Assembly: GCA_045536095.1 (NCBI GenBank)
Contig: JAZSMW010000100.1
Span: 1-33,629 of the forward strand
Reading direction: 5' to 3'
DNA: 33,629 nucleotides
Origin: Clostridia bacterium
Lineage (GTDB): Bacteria; Bacillota; Clostridia; Christensenellales; UBA1242
Numbering within the stretch: position 1 is the stretch's first letter; every line of letters begins with the position of its first letter. This document shows, piece by piece, positions 27,062 through 33,629 of the stretch. Below the pieces are notes generated by a model. The model was not told the DNA's origin, ran no database searches, and was given only the letters and a program-made list of their open reading frames with translations. The translations under genes were made by a program, and so were the position numbers.

Positions 27062-27823
27062 ATGAGTAAACAAGTTATAGATAAAAACAACATCAATTAT
27101 GATGTTTACAACGCCCTAAACTTAATGCATGAAGATTTGGGCGAGTGTTATTTAAAGCAAGGCTTTAACCCAATGGAAGAAGGCTTTGTTTTAGACGAAA
27201 ATTTTGTTATAGAGCGCTTTTTAAACGCAAAAACAAATTTAGAAATTCCATCGCCACACTTTGTTAATAATGGCGATAAAACCACTAAGCAAGCTCTAGA
27301 AAACAACCAAAAACACTGCGAAGAGAGTTTGGAACAAATAAACAGCATGCTTTTGTCAACCGAATTTTCTAAAGCACAAAAAGAAGAATTAAAAAAGCTA
27401 AAGTTATATTTGCTTTGCCGAATTGAGCTTGCCAATTTTTATTTAAAAAACTTTAAAAAGCAAAAAAATAAATTTAAGCTATACTTAAACATTAACTCTT
27501 TAAGCTGGAAAACTTCTGAACTTTTTGAAGATGCTTATAATGAATTATTTGATGCAAACCTTGCAATTGCCAACTATCTTGCCTTTGCAAAACAACACTC
27601 TAAGGCAATTAAAAAAGAATTAGAAAATGAAAAACTAAAACAAGAGGCAAAACAAATAATTGCACAAAACCAACAAATTAAAAAAGAGCAAGTTGTTAAA
27701 CCTGCAAAAACTAATGTGCAAAAACAGCCAACCTCAAAAGCAACAACAAAAAACACTCAACAAGTTGCCCCTTTAAAAGAACGGGCTTCTAAAACAAAAA
27801 AAGAACCAACATTAGAGCGTTAA
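27062..27823 (+). CDS. Hypothetical protein with a Lys/Gln-rich C-terminal tail
   Basis: ORF-track 27014 is a TTG start that lies inside the promoter. I prefer ATG 27062 (MSKQVIDKNN). I recognise no family. Confidence 0.5.
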   Translation: MSKQVIDKNNINYDVYNALNLMHEDLGECYLKQGFNPMEEGFVLDENFVIERFLNAKTNLEIPSPHFVNNGDKTTKQALENNQKHCEESLEQINSMLLSTEFSKAQKEELKKLKLYLLCRIELANFYLKNFKKQKNKFKLYLNINSLSWKTSELFEDAYNELFDANLAIANYLAFAKQHSKAIKKELENEKLKQEAKQIIAQNQQIKKEQVVKPAKTNVQKQPTSKATTKNTQQVAPLKERASKTKKEPTLER

Positions 27824-27858
27824 TACTCTTAAAATAAAATAATTTTCAACCAACAACA

Positions 27859-27892
27859 AAAACCGCACCCCTTAGGATGCGGTTTGTTTTTT
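27859..27892 (+). terminator. Intrinsic terminator of the 27062..27823 gene
   Basis: AAACCGCA...TGCGGTTT stem followed by GTTTTTT. Confidence 0.7.
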
Positions 27893-27940
27893 ACATTGCT
27901 CATTAATAATGATTAACGCAAAAAAAATGGCATGCGCCAT

Positions 27941-28219
27941 TTATTTTATTTCTGGCAACACAAATGCGTCAACCAACATACATATTCCATTTGGAAATTT
28001 TTTAATAGTGTCTACCAACTTGCTTGGCCTATCTATTTCCATATCATATTTTTTTGCATACGAACAATAAACTTTTAAATAATCTTTGGCAAACAAAAAA
28101 GCCTCAACAAGCGTTTTGCCGTCGGTAAAAATGTTTAAATCAGGAAATACAACAGTGTAATCTGTTTCACCGTCTTCTTGAAAGAAAACTGCAGGAAAAA
28201 TATATTGTTCCATAATCAC
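27941..28219 (-). CDS. HicB-like (UPF0150) antitoxin-fold protein with no HicA partner seen
   Basis: 92 aa. YIFPAVFFQEDGETDYTVVFPDLNIFTDGKTLVEAFLFAKDYL matches the HicB N-terminal fold pattern. RBS is AGGGGTG. Confidence 0.55.
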   Translation of the reverse strand: MIMEQYIFPAVFFQEDGETDYTVVFPDLNIFTDGKTLVEAFLFAKDYLKVYCSYAKKYDMEIDRPSKLVDTIKKFPNGICMLVDAFVLPEIK

Positions 28220-28452
28220 CCCTAAAGGCTAAATTTAGCCACTTTTAGTTATTATACATAAATAATAACACAATTTTTTATTTATACAAAACAATTTATC
28301 AAATTACAAAAAAAAGATATATAATATTTTATTTAAAAAAATCTTGAATATTCGTTTTTACAAAGTTTAACAGTTTTAATTAATTACAACATAAATAAGC
28401 TGGTCAAAACTTATGGCGCTAAGCCAATTGATAGATTCCTTTGGTACGGGCA

Positions 28453-28507
28453 GATATCGCATTTAATCTGAGAATAAATTCTCTTGTAAATGCGATATTT
28501 CCTACTA
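28453..28507 (+). repeat. Hairpin repeat, copy B (intact)
   Basis: ATATCGCATTTA (28454-28465) pairs perfectly with TAAATGCGATAT (28487-28498). The inner stem is GAGAA-TAAA-TTCTC. The 23-nt core at 28482-28504 is identical to 15055-15077. Confidence 0.7.
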
Positions 28508-28510
28508 TAT

Positions 28511-28553
28511 AAAAAAAAGCGCACTGTCCCATTAACAGTGCGTAATTTTTTTT
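28511..28553. terminator. Bidirectional terminator (serves the 69-aa gene on the minus strand)
   Basis: A8, then CGCACTGT-CCCATTA-ACAGTGCG, then TAA-T8. Confidence 0.75.
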
Positions 28554-28557
28554 ATAA

Positions 28558-28767
28558 TTATTTTACTAAGCCACCTTCGTTTTCTTTAACTTTAAAAGGC
28601 TCGTTAACGCTTTTTTTAGAAACATATTTTTCAAAAACGCCAACCTCTTTAGATGTGTTTGGAACAACAGGTTCCTCACTTATAATTTTGCTTACACCTA
28701 CTCTAACAATTTCTCCATTAGCTAAAATTTCAAAACCTGAATAAGTTGATATTTTTACATTTGGCAT
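28558..28767 (-). CDS. Small hypothetical protein (69 aa)
   Basis: A strong RBS (AGGAGGG) lies 9 nt upstream of the ATG, and a clean terminator follows. I recognise no family. Confidence 0.55.
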   Translation of the reverse strand: MPNVKISTYSGFEILANGEIVRVGVSKIISEEPVVPNTSKEVGVFEKYVSKKSVNEPFKVKENEGGLVK

Positions 28768-28974
28768 AACTAATACCCTCCTGCTTTATGCCCATATAAT
28801 AGCACATAATTTTTTGTTTGTAAATACCTTTTTGTGTTTTTTTAATTTTTTTTTAAATTCCTTTAAATATAAAGCAATTAAGCATATAAAAATGTGCAAA
28901 AATTACAAAAAAATTAACAATAAATGCATATTTTTTGTTGTTTTTCACAAACTAAACGTGTAAAGGAGGAAGTT

Positions 28975-29130
28975 ATGCGTAGATTTAATTCTGGTGATTT
29001 AGCACCACAATCTGGCAAATACGCAGTTTGCGATAAAAGCGGACGCAGAATGGCAACCGTAAATATGCAAAAAGGCGATCATTTGCCTCCAACACAATCT
29101 AGCGAATATTACTACGAATATTGCGAATAA
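28975..29130 (+). CDS. Small YjzC-like protein (51 aa)
   Basis: The internal ATG is preceded by AAGGAGG. MRRFNSGDLAPQSGKYAVCD...QKGDHLPPTQ resembles the YjzC family pattern from memory. The ORF-track start at 28924 lacks an RBS. Confidence 0.5.
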   Translation: MRRFNSGDLAPQSGKYAVCDKSGRRMATVNMQKGDHLPPTQSSEYYYEYCE

Positions 29131-29135
29131 TTAAA

Positions 29136-29166
29136 AATTAAGGCTGATTTATCGGCCTTAATTTTT
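29136..29166 (+). terminator. Intrinsic terminator of the YjzC-like gene
   Basis: AATTAAGGC (29136-29144) pairs with GCCTTAATT (29155-29163), followed by TTT. Confidence 0.7.
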
Positions 29167-29211
29167 GTTTTATTATGTTTTTTTAACTTTTTACGCGTTG
29201 TTAACCTTTTG

Positions 29212-30549
29212 CTATTTACCCAAACAAAATTTTGCAAAAATTCCCGAAATAATATCTTCATTTTCGGTTTGCCCTGTTACTTTTCCTAATGTTTGCCACA
29301 AGTCTTTTGCAAGCATGTCTAATATGTCAATTGTTTGATTATCGCACTCATCAATTATTTGTTCGGCCTTTTGCTTTGCCTCACTAAGTGCAAGAATGTG
29401 TCTTTGGTTTGTTATAATAAGTGCCGAAAAGTCTATTTTTTTGCTAACTGCAAGGCTAATTATTTGGTCTTTAATTTCATTGATATTTGTTTTGTTAAGA
29501 GCCGAAATTTCAATTCCTTTTAGCCCAGTTGTGTTTTTGGCAATGTCGGTTTTATTAATAATGTAAATAACTTTGCTATCTTTTAGCAATTTTAAAATTT
29601 GTTCATCTTCCTCAGTTATTCCCGTGTGGGCGTCAACAACCGCCAAAACAATGTTTGCCCCCTTTATGCTCTCTTTAGATTTTTCTATACCAATTTTTTC
29701 TACCTCGTCGGCACTTTCATGAATGCCGGCTGTGTCTATAAAATTTATTTTTAAACCATTGTGGATTATTGTTTCTTGTATGGTATCACGGGTTGTTCCT
29801 TTAACACTTGTAACAATTGCCCTGTCCTCACCAATTAGAGCATTTAAAAGACTACTTTTACCTGCGTTTGGTTTTCCAACAATTGCAACGTTTATGCCAG
29901 ATTTAATAATTTTGCCATCACCCGCAGTTTGCAATAGTTGGTTAAGCTGTTCTTTAACATTAATTGCCACTTGCTTTAAGTTGTTTGCGCCAAGCGCTTC
30001 GTCGTCATGTTCTGGGTAGTCTATTGCAACTTCTAGGTTAACAATTGCATCTTTTATACTCTCTTGCATGGCAGTGACTTTTGCAAAAAGTTCTCCCTTT
30101 AAAAGTTTTGAATTTGCCTTGAGTTCTGCATCCGAAGTTGCATTAATTGTGTCTATAATGCCTTCTGCCTCATCTAAGCTAATTTTACCATTAATAAAAG
30201 CGCGCTGCGTAAACTCTCCATTTTGTGCAAGCGTTGCTCCTGCATTTAAGCAAGCCTCTAAAATTTTTTGTGTTAAACGCTCTCCACCATGACATTGAAA
30301 TTCTACAACTTCTTCACCAGTGTAAGAATATGGCGCCTTAAAATATACCATTAAACATTTTTCTGTTATTCCATCATAATTTATTTTGCCCAAATACATA
30401 TACCTAGGTAAAATTTCAAAAGGTTTTTTACAAAATTCAAAAATAGACTTAGCAATTTTTAAACTATTGCTACCACTAAGCCTAATTACTGAAATCCCGC
30501 CACTTCCTAGTGGTGTGCTAATTTGTGCTATTGTACTTAAATTTTCCAT
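29212..30549 (-). CDS. mnmE: tRNA modification GTPase MnmE (TrmE)
   Basis: 445 aa. The N-terminal TPLGSGGISVIRLSG motif, the G1 motif GKPNAGKSSLLNAL and the C-terminal FCLGK motif are present. Confidence 0.95.
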   Translation of the reverse strand: MENLSTIAQISTPLGSGGISVIRLSGSNSLKIAKSIFEFCKKPFEILPRYMYLGKINYDGITEKCLMVYFKAPYSYTGEEVVEFQCHGGERLTQKILEACLNAGATLAQNGEFTQRAFINGKISLDEAEGIIDTINATSDAELKANSKLLKGELFAKVTAMQESIKDAIVNLEVAIDYPEHDDEALGANNLKQVAINVKEQLNQLLQTAGDGKIIKSGINVAIVGKPNAGKSSLLNALIGEDRAIVTSVKGTTRDTIQETIIHNGLKINFIDTAGIHESADEVEKIGIEKSKESIKGANIVLAVVDAHTGITEEDEQILKLLKDSKVIYIINKTDIAKNTTGLKGIEISALNKTNINEIKDQIISLAVSKKIDFSALIITNQRHILALSEAKQKAEQIIDECDNQTIDILDMLAKDLWQTLGKVTGQTENEDIISGIFAKFCLGK

Positions 30550-30555
30550 AAGTTA

Positions 30556-30564
30556 ATTATAACA
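30556..30564 (-). promoter_or_regulatory. Extended -10 promoter abutting the mnmE start codon (leaderless prediction)
   Basis: Minus strand reads TGT-TATAAT (30564-30556), then TAACTT, then ATG (30549). No SD is present. The -35 (GATACA) is weak. Confidence 0.5.
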
Positions 30565-30695
30565 CACTTTTTTCATTTTGTATCATTTATTTTCATCACA
30601 ATCATTTTTTTCTTGATTTTGCGTGCATTATATACCAAGCGAAATATTTATCATCACTACAAAACACTGCCCAACTCCTACTATCATTTGTAAAC

Positions 30696-30740
30696 GGTGG
30701 ACATTTGGTGGACACGTCAAAATTTTAAAAAGTGTCCACC
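30696..30740. repeat. Motif cluster 1: GGTGGACA x2 direct plus TGTCCACC inverted (DnaA-box-like)
   Basis: GGTGGACA at 30696-30703 and 30707-30714. TGTCCACC at 30733-30740. Confidence 0.8.
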
Positions 30741-30747
30741 AACAAAA

Positions 30748-30785
30748 CAAAAAAAACACCCAAACATTCAAATTGTCCGAGTGTT
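30748..30785 (-). terminator. Intrinsic terminator of the 144-aa gene
   Basis: Minus-strand RNA reads AACACUC...GGGUGUU, with one U-G wobble that would be a C-A mismatch on the plus strand. A U-run follows. Confidence 0.6.
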
Positions 30786-30791
30786 ATTTCT

Positions 30792-31226
30792 CTATTTAGA
30801 TAGTGAATCAATTTCAGCTAAAAAGTTCTGATATTCTTTATTTTGTTCTTGTTCATACTTTTTATATAACAAATCAATTTTTTCTTGGATTTCTTTTGGC
30901 AATTCAAGCTGTACAACAGATGGCCTAGGCCCTCTTGTAGCCGTACGAGATCTTGTACTCTCCACTTTTTTCCCGTATTTAATTATTATTTGATTGATTA
31001 TATCAAAACCTTTTTGATTGTCTTTTTTATAATAATCTTTTAACAAATCTATTAATATTCCTGCATATTTTTGACTAATTTCGTGCATTTCTCGTTCTGC
31101 TGGATTACTAGCAAATGAATTGTATTGTTCAGTCGTTTCATTTCCCAAAGCCCAAACATACCAGTTTACATATTTTCTAAAATTATTTCTTCTTACTTTT
31201 TCTTTTAATTTATCTACAATTTTCAT
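30792..31226 (-). CDS. Hypothetical protein (144 aa)
   Basis: RBS is AAGGAGA. It has its own promoter and terminator. I recognise no family. It is flanked by the 8-mer clusters. Confidence 0.55.
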   Translation of the reverse strand: MKIVDKLKEKVRRNNFRKYVNWYVWALGNETTEQYNSFASNPAEREMHEISQKYAGILIDLLKDYYKKDNQKGFDIINQIIIKYGKKVESTRSRTATRGPRPSVVQLELPKEIQEKIDLLYKKYEQEQNKEYQNFLAEIDSLSK

Positions 31227-31251
31227 AGTTTCTCCTTAACTTTAAGATAAG

Positions 31252-31280
31252 TATATCATAAAAATTTTGTCTTTGCAATA
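31252..31280 (-). promoter_or_regulatory. Promoter of the 144-aa gene
   Basis: Minus strand reads TTGCAA (31280-31275), a 17-nt spacer, then TATACT (31257-31252). The spacer end TTTTTATGATATACT closely resembles the LRR-gene promoter. Confidence 0.6.
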
Positions 31281-31390
31281 GTGAAATACTAAAAGGTGCA
31301 ATGAAAAATTAATTGCAACAAAAAGATGTTGTGGAGGTCGCTTAAAAAGTGCCGTTCCAGCCGAAATAATTACTCAAATTTTACCACTTT

Positions 31391-31446
31391 TGTCCACCAG
31401 TGAAATCCGCGGTGGACATTTCGTGGACATTTTGGGTTGGTGGACA
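31391..31446. repeat. Motif cluster 2a: TGTCCACC followed by three copies of (G)GTGGACA
   Basis: TGTCCACC at 31391-31398. GGTGGACA at 31411-31418. cGTGGACA at 31422-31429. GGTGGACA at 31439-31446. Confidence 0.8.
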
Positions 31447-31459
31447 CGTTTTAAAAATT

Positions 31460-31488
31460 AAAAAGTGCCGTATTATCGGGCACTTTTT
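31460..31488. terminator. Hairpin with flanking A and T runs (terminator-like, bidirectional)
   Basis: AAAAAGTGCCG-TATTAT-CGGGCACTTTTT with one bulged G. Confidence 0.5.
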
Positions 31489-31554
31489 AATTTTAAACTA
31501 TTCAATTCCATCATAATTATATTATAACACACCAAAAACATTTTTCAAAGCTTA

Positions 31555-31632
31555 TTGGCACTAGGTGGCATTTTTTACCCTGTTTTGCGTACTTAATATA
31601 CCAACAGAAACACTTTTTGGCACTAGGTGGCA
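31555..31632 (+). repeat. Two identical 16-mers TTGGCACTAGGTGGCA, 62 bp apart
   Basis: Copies at 31555-31570 and 31617-31632. Each contains TGGCA twice with a 10-nt start-to-start period. Confidence 0.8.
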
Positions 31633-31633
31633 C

Positions 31634-31706
31634 TTGTCCACACCCACAGACGCAACCCCAAGGTGGACAAAATGTGGACAACAAAATTTTTCTAATTTTG
31701 TCCACC
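31634..31706. repeat. Motif cluster 2b: four DnaA-box-like 9-mers forming two inverted pairs
   Basis: TTGTCCACA at 31634-31642. GGTGGACAA at 31662-31670. TGTGGACAA at 31673-31681 (reverse complement TTGTCCACA). TTGTCCACC at 31698-31706. Confidence 0.8.
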
Positions 31707-31797
31707 ATAGCAAGAAAAAGACACTCAAAATTTAATCTGAATGTCTTGTAATTTATTTACTTAATGCATCTTCATTGTTATTTTTTGATTTTCTGTA

Positions 31798-33429
31798 TTA
31801 TTCAACTTCTTTAATTTCTTCCTTACTAAATATTGGTTTTGTAAAATCTGGAAGCCAATCTTTTTTATATCGTGCTTCTTTAATCTGTCCTGTTGGTTGT
31901 GGTATTATTATACCTCGCATTATTTCCTTTACGGCGTTCTTATTTTTAGTTCCATTCACTAACAAATCGATTAACTTTTTTTGTCTTGATTGAATTTGTG
32001 TTAATTGCTCTTGACTTGCAGAAGAATTTGGCAAATCTCTTGCCTTGTCAATAAGTCCACTTAAAGCTGTTCCTATTTGCAAAAGCATGTCCTCATCAAA
32101 TCTTGCACCATAAGGAAAATAAACAGAATATCCTCTCTCGTATTCGTATGGAGCATATACTGAATAATTATCCATCTCTTTTTTAAAGAATGTTACACTT
32201 GTGAAAAATTCTTCGTATTCTTTTGAATATCTTGTATTTGATATTGGTTGCAAATGGTCTGTCACAGATATATGACTATCTGCAGATATCGATATATCGC
32301 AAACAACATCATTAGTATAACCACCGCATTTATAGTCCCTTTTTTCGCAATTTAAAAGCCAATTTAATGTTCCGCCACTAGGAATTAGTGTTTGTTTATA
32401 GTATTCTTCTCTTTCTTGTGAAACTACACTTTTCTGATATTCTTGCATTACTGGGATATCAATAGTTATTGTTTCCTGTTTTTCTCTATCAACAAAAGTA
32501 ACTTTGCCTTTATAACCACTTTTCAAAATAGTTTGAATTGTGTCTTGATTATACGCTATCACTTCTTTTACACCGACCAAAGCGTCGGGTTTAATTATGA
32601 TTTTCCCATGAGTCCATAAAATTTTATGTCCTAAAATATCGGTTTCTCTATATTTTATACCCAACTCATCATATAATGCTTTTTTATCTTCATCACTAAT
32701 ATCTTCTTCAAGATATTCAATTTCGTCCAAATTAAAATCATCGCCCATTTCTGCTAGATATTGTTTTTCGATTTCTTGTTGTTCTTTGATTACATCTTGC
32801 AAATATTTTTTATCATCATCAAGGAATGTTATTGTTAAGTTTTTACAGCCAGCAAAAGCTGCTGTATCAACCAACTCTACACTTGCAGGGATTTCAATAG
32901 ATTGTAAGTTTTCACAACCAGCAAAGGCATATCCGGATATAAACCAACAACCTTCAGGAATGTTTATTGTGGTTAAATTTTTACATTCTCTAAAAGCTGC
33001 ATTAGCAATAGTTGTGGTAGTTTGTGGCAATTTTATACTTTTTAGATTTGCACATTCCTGATAACCATCAACCGTTTTCATAGTTTCTGCATTTTCTAAT
33101 CCTTTGATTTCTGTTAAATTATCACAACCTTGAAAGGCAAATGGGTGAATAAATCTTACACCTTCATGCATTATTACAGTATGTAAATTTTTAAGATGTG
33201 AAAAGGCGAACATGTTTATACTTTTAATATGTTCTGGAACTATAAAAGCACCATCTTGTATGTTTTGTGGATAAACTTTTCTTAATAATTCTCCTTCAAC
33301 TGATATTCCGTCATACATACTTGTTGTTTGTTGTTCCATAGGAATAATTGTAGCTTCTTCCACAATTTCTGATTTTTTATCATTATTTTCATGTTTATGT
33401 TTCTTTTTAAAATAATCAAATATTCCCAT
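31798..33429 (-). CDS. BspA-type leucine-rich-repeat (LRR_5) protein with an unassigned ~330-aa C-terminal region and no signal peptide
   Basis: 543 aa. Repeats of the form AF.GC.NL..I.IP (FAFQGCDNLTEI, AAFRECKNLTTINIP, YAFAGCENLQSIEIP, AAFAGCKNLTITF) are present. The N-terminus MGIFDYFKKKHKHENNDKK is hydrophilic. RBS is AGGAG. Confidence 0.8.
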   Translation of the reverse strand: MGIFDYFKKKHKHENNDKKSEIVEEATIIPMEQQTTSMYDGISVEGELLRKVYPQNIQDGAFIVPEHIKSINMFAFSHLKNLHTVIMHEGVRFIHPFAFQGCDNLTEIKGLENAETMKTVDGYQECANLKSIKLPQTTTTIANAAFRECKNLTTINIPEGCWFISGYAFAGCENLQSIEIPASVELVDTAAFAGCKNLTITFLDDDKKYLQDVIKEQQEIEKQYLAEMGDDFNLDEIEYLEEDISDEDKKALYDELGIKYRETDILGHKILWTHGKIIIKPDALVGVKEVIAYNQDTIQTILKSGYKGKVTFVDREKQETITIDIPVMQEYQKSVVSQEREEYYKQTLIPSGGTLNWLLNCEKRDYKCGGYTNDVVCDISISADSHISVTDHLQPISNTRYSKEYEEFFTSVTFFKKEMDNYSVYAPYEYERGYSVYFPYGARFDEDMLLQIGTALSGLIDKARDLPNSSASQEQLTQIQSRQKKLIDLLVNGTKNKNAVKEIMRGIIIPQPTGQIKEARYKKDWLPDFTKPIFSKEEIKEVE

Positions 33430-33453
33430 ATTTACTCCTATAAATTTTATATT

Positions 33454-33482
33454 AGTATATCATATAAAAAGAGCAAATACAA
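33454..33482 (-). promoter_or_regulatory. Promoter of the LRR gene
   Basis: Minus strand reads TTGTAT (33482-33477), a 17-nt spacer, then TATACT (33459-33454). The spacer end is TTTTTATATGATATACT. Confidence 0.55.
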
Positions 33483-33617
33483 TACTTAAATCACAAAAGG
33501 CCAACTGAAGTTTTAAATACAGAAAAAACGATATGAAACCATTTTAAAGTTATTTACATTAGACAAGTTTCAATAAGTTCCGTCTGGTGCAAAAAAAATT
33601 CCTGAAAACTACCTTTT

Positions 33618-33626
33618 TTGTCCACC
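33618..33626. repeat. Another TTGTCCACC box at the window edge
   Basis: TTTTTTGTCCACCGG has the same flank pattern as TTTTGTCCACCAG at 31388-31400. A further cluster may continue beyond the window. Confidence 0.6.
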
Positions 33627-33629
33627 GGC

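Noticed and set aside
28220-28557. A hidden hicA toxin gene or a small RNA gene in the 340-bp gap upstream of the HicB-like gene.
   Set aside because: Only 17-27-aa ORFs without an RBS or HicA motifs were found. No match to the SRP, 6S, tmRNA or RNase P core motifs I can recall was seen. The only supported structures are the repeat hairpin (copy B) and the terminator.
30707-30722. GGTGGACACGTCAAAA and GGTGGACACGTTTTAA considered as parS (TGTTNCACGTGAAACA) sites.
   Set aside because: Only the central CACGT matches. The flanking half-sites do not match, and the sequences are not palindromic.
31555-31571. TTGGCACTAGGTGGCAT considered as a sigma-54 (-24/-12) promoter.
   Set aside because: The consensus is TGGCAC-N5-TTGC, with GG and GC 12 nt apart. 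Here the GC falls one position early and the TTGC element is missing. No enhancer-binding protein gene or suitably oriented downstream gene is present.
30696-31706. A CRISPR array, as an explanation for the repeated 8-mers and 16-mers.
   Set aside because: The repeats are only 8-16 nt long, occur in both orientations and are irregularly spaced. No cas genes are present.
31517-31708. 63-aa ORF (minus strand) inside the motif-dense spacer. Similar cases are 31775..31993 (+), 25148..25339 (-), 25039..25263 (+), 24227..24544 (+), 28490..28744 (+), 16373..16612 (+), 5864..6055 (+) and 19225..19470 (+).
   Set aside because: The reading frames are created by repeats or hairpins, or are antisense or out of frame to real genes. 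They have no SD and no recognisable motif.

Overview
Low-GC chromosomal window with Bacillota-type (Firmicutes-type) local gene order: a glmU-like gene with pth and mfd, tatD-rsmA, a DnaD/DnaB-like gene followed by dnaI, and spmA-spmB. TGA is used as a stop codon (mfd, and the spmA/spmB ATGA overlap), so this is not genetic code 4. Most of the window is housekeeping: mfd, pth, a short alaS, aspS, rsmA, tatD, mnmE, a guanylate kinase-like gene, replication-loader genes, an M1 peptidase, a PrsA-like lipoprotein and envelope genes. Small regulator modules (XRE repressors, a SLOG/YpsA-like protein, an orphan HicB-like protein) and several hypotheticals are interspersed. I saw no rRNA, tRNA, CRISPR array, transposase or integrase. 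The unusual signals are mostly non-coding. (1) Twelve copies of the 8-mer GGTGGACA/TGTCCACC, plus other repeats, fill the intergenic DNA around two accessory genes to the right of mnmE (30.7-33.6 kb); this could be a DnaA-box cluster, an origin-like region or an unknown iteron system. (2) Two ~90-nt elements fold into the same cloverleaf-like four-helix junction, one just upstream of alaS and one just downstream of rsmA. (3) A ~50-nt hairpin repeat family sits just upstream of terminators and shows one compensatory base-pair change. (4) Several strong sigma-70-type promoters abut start codons, which predicts leaderless mRNAs; two of these genes share their first 15 coding nucleotides. All calls come from reading the sequence and motif recall. 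No database search, folding energy or GC-skew computation was possible.
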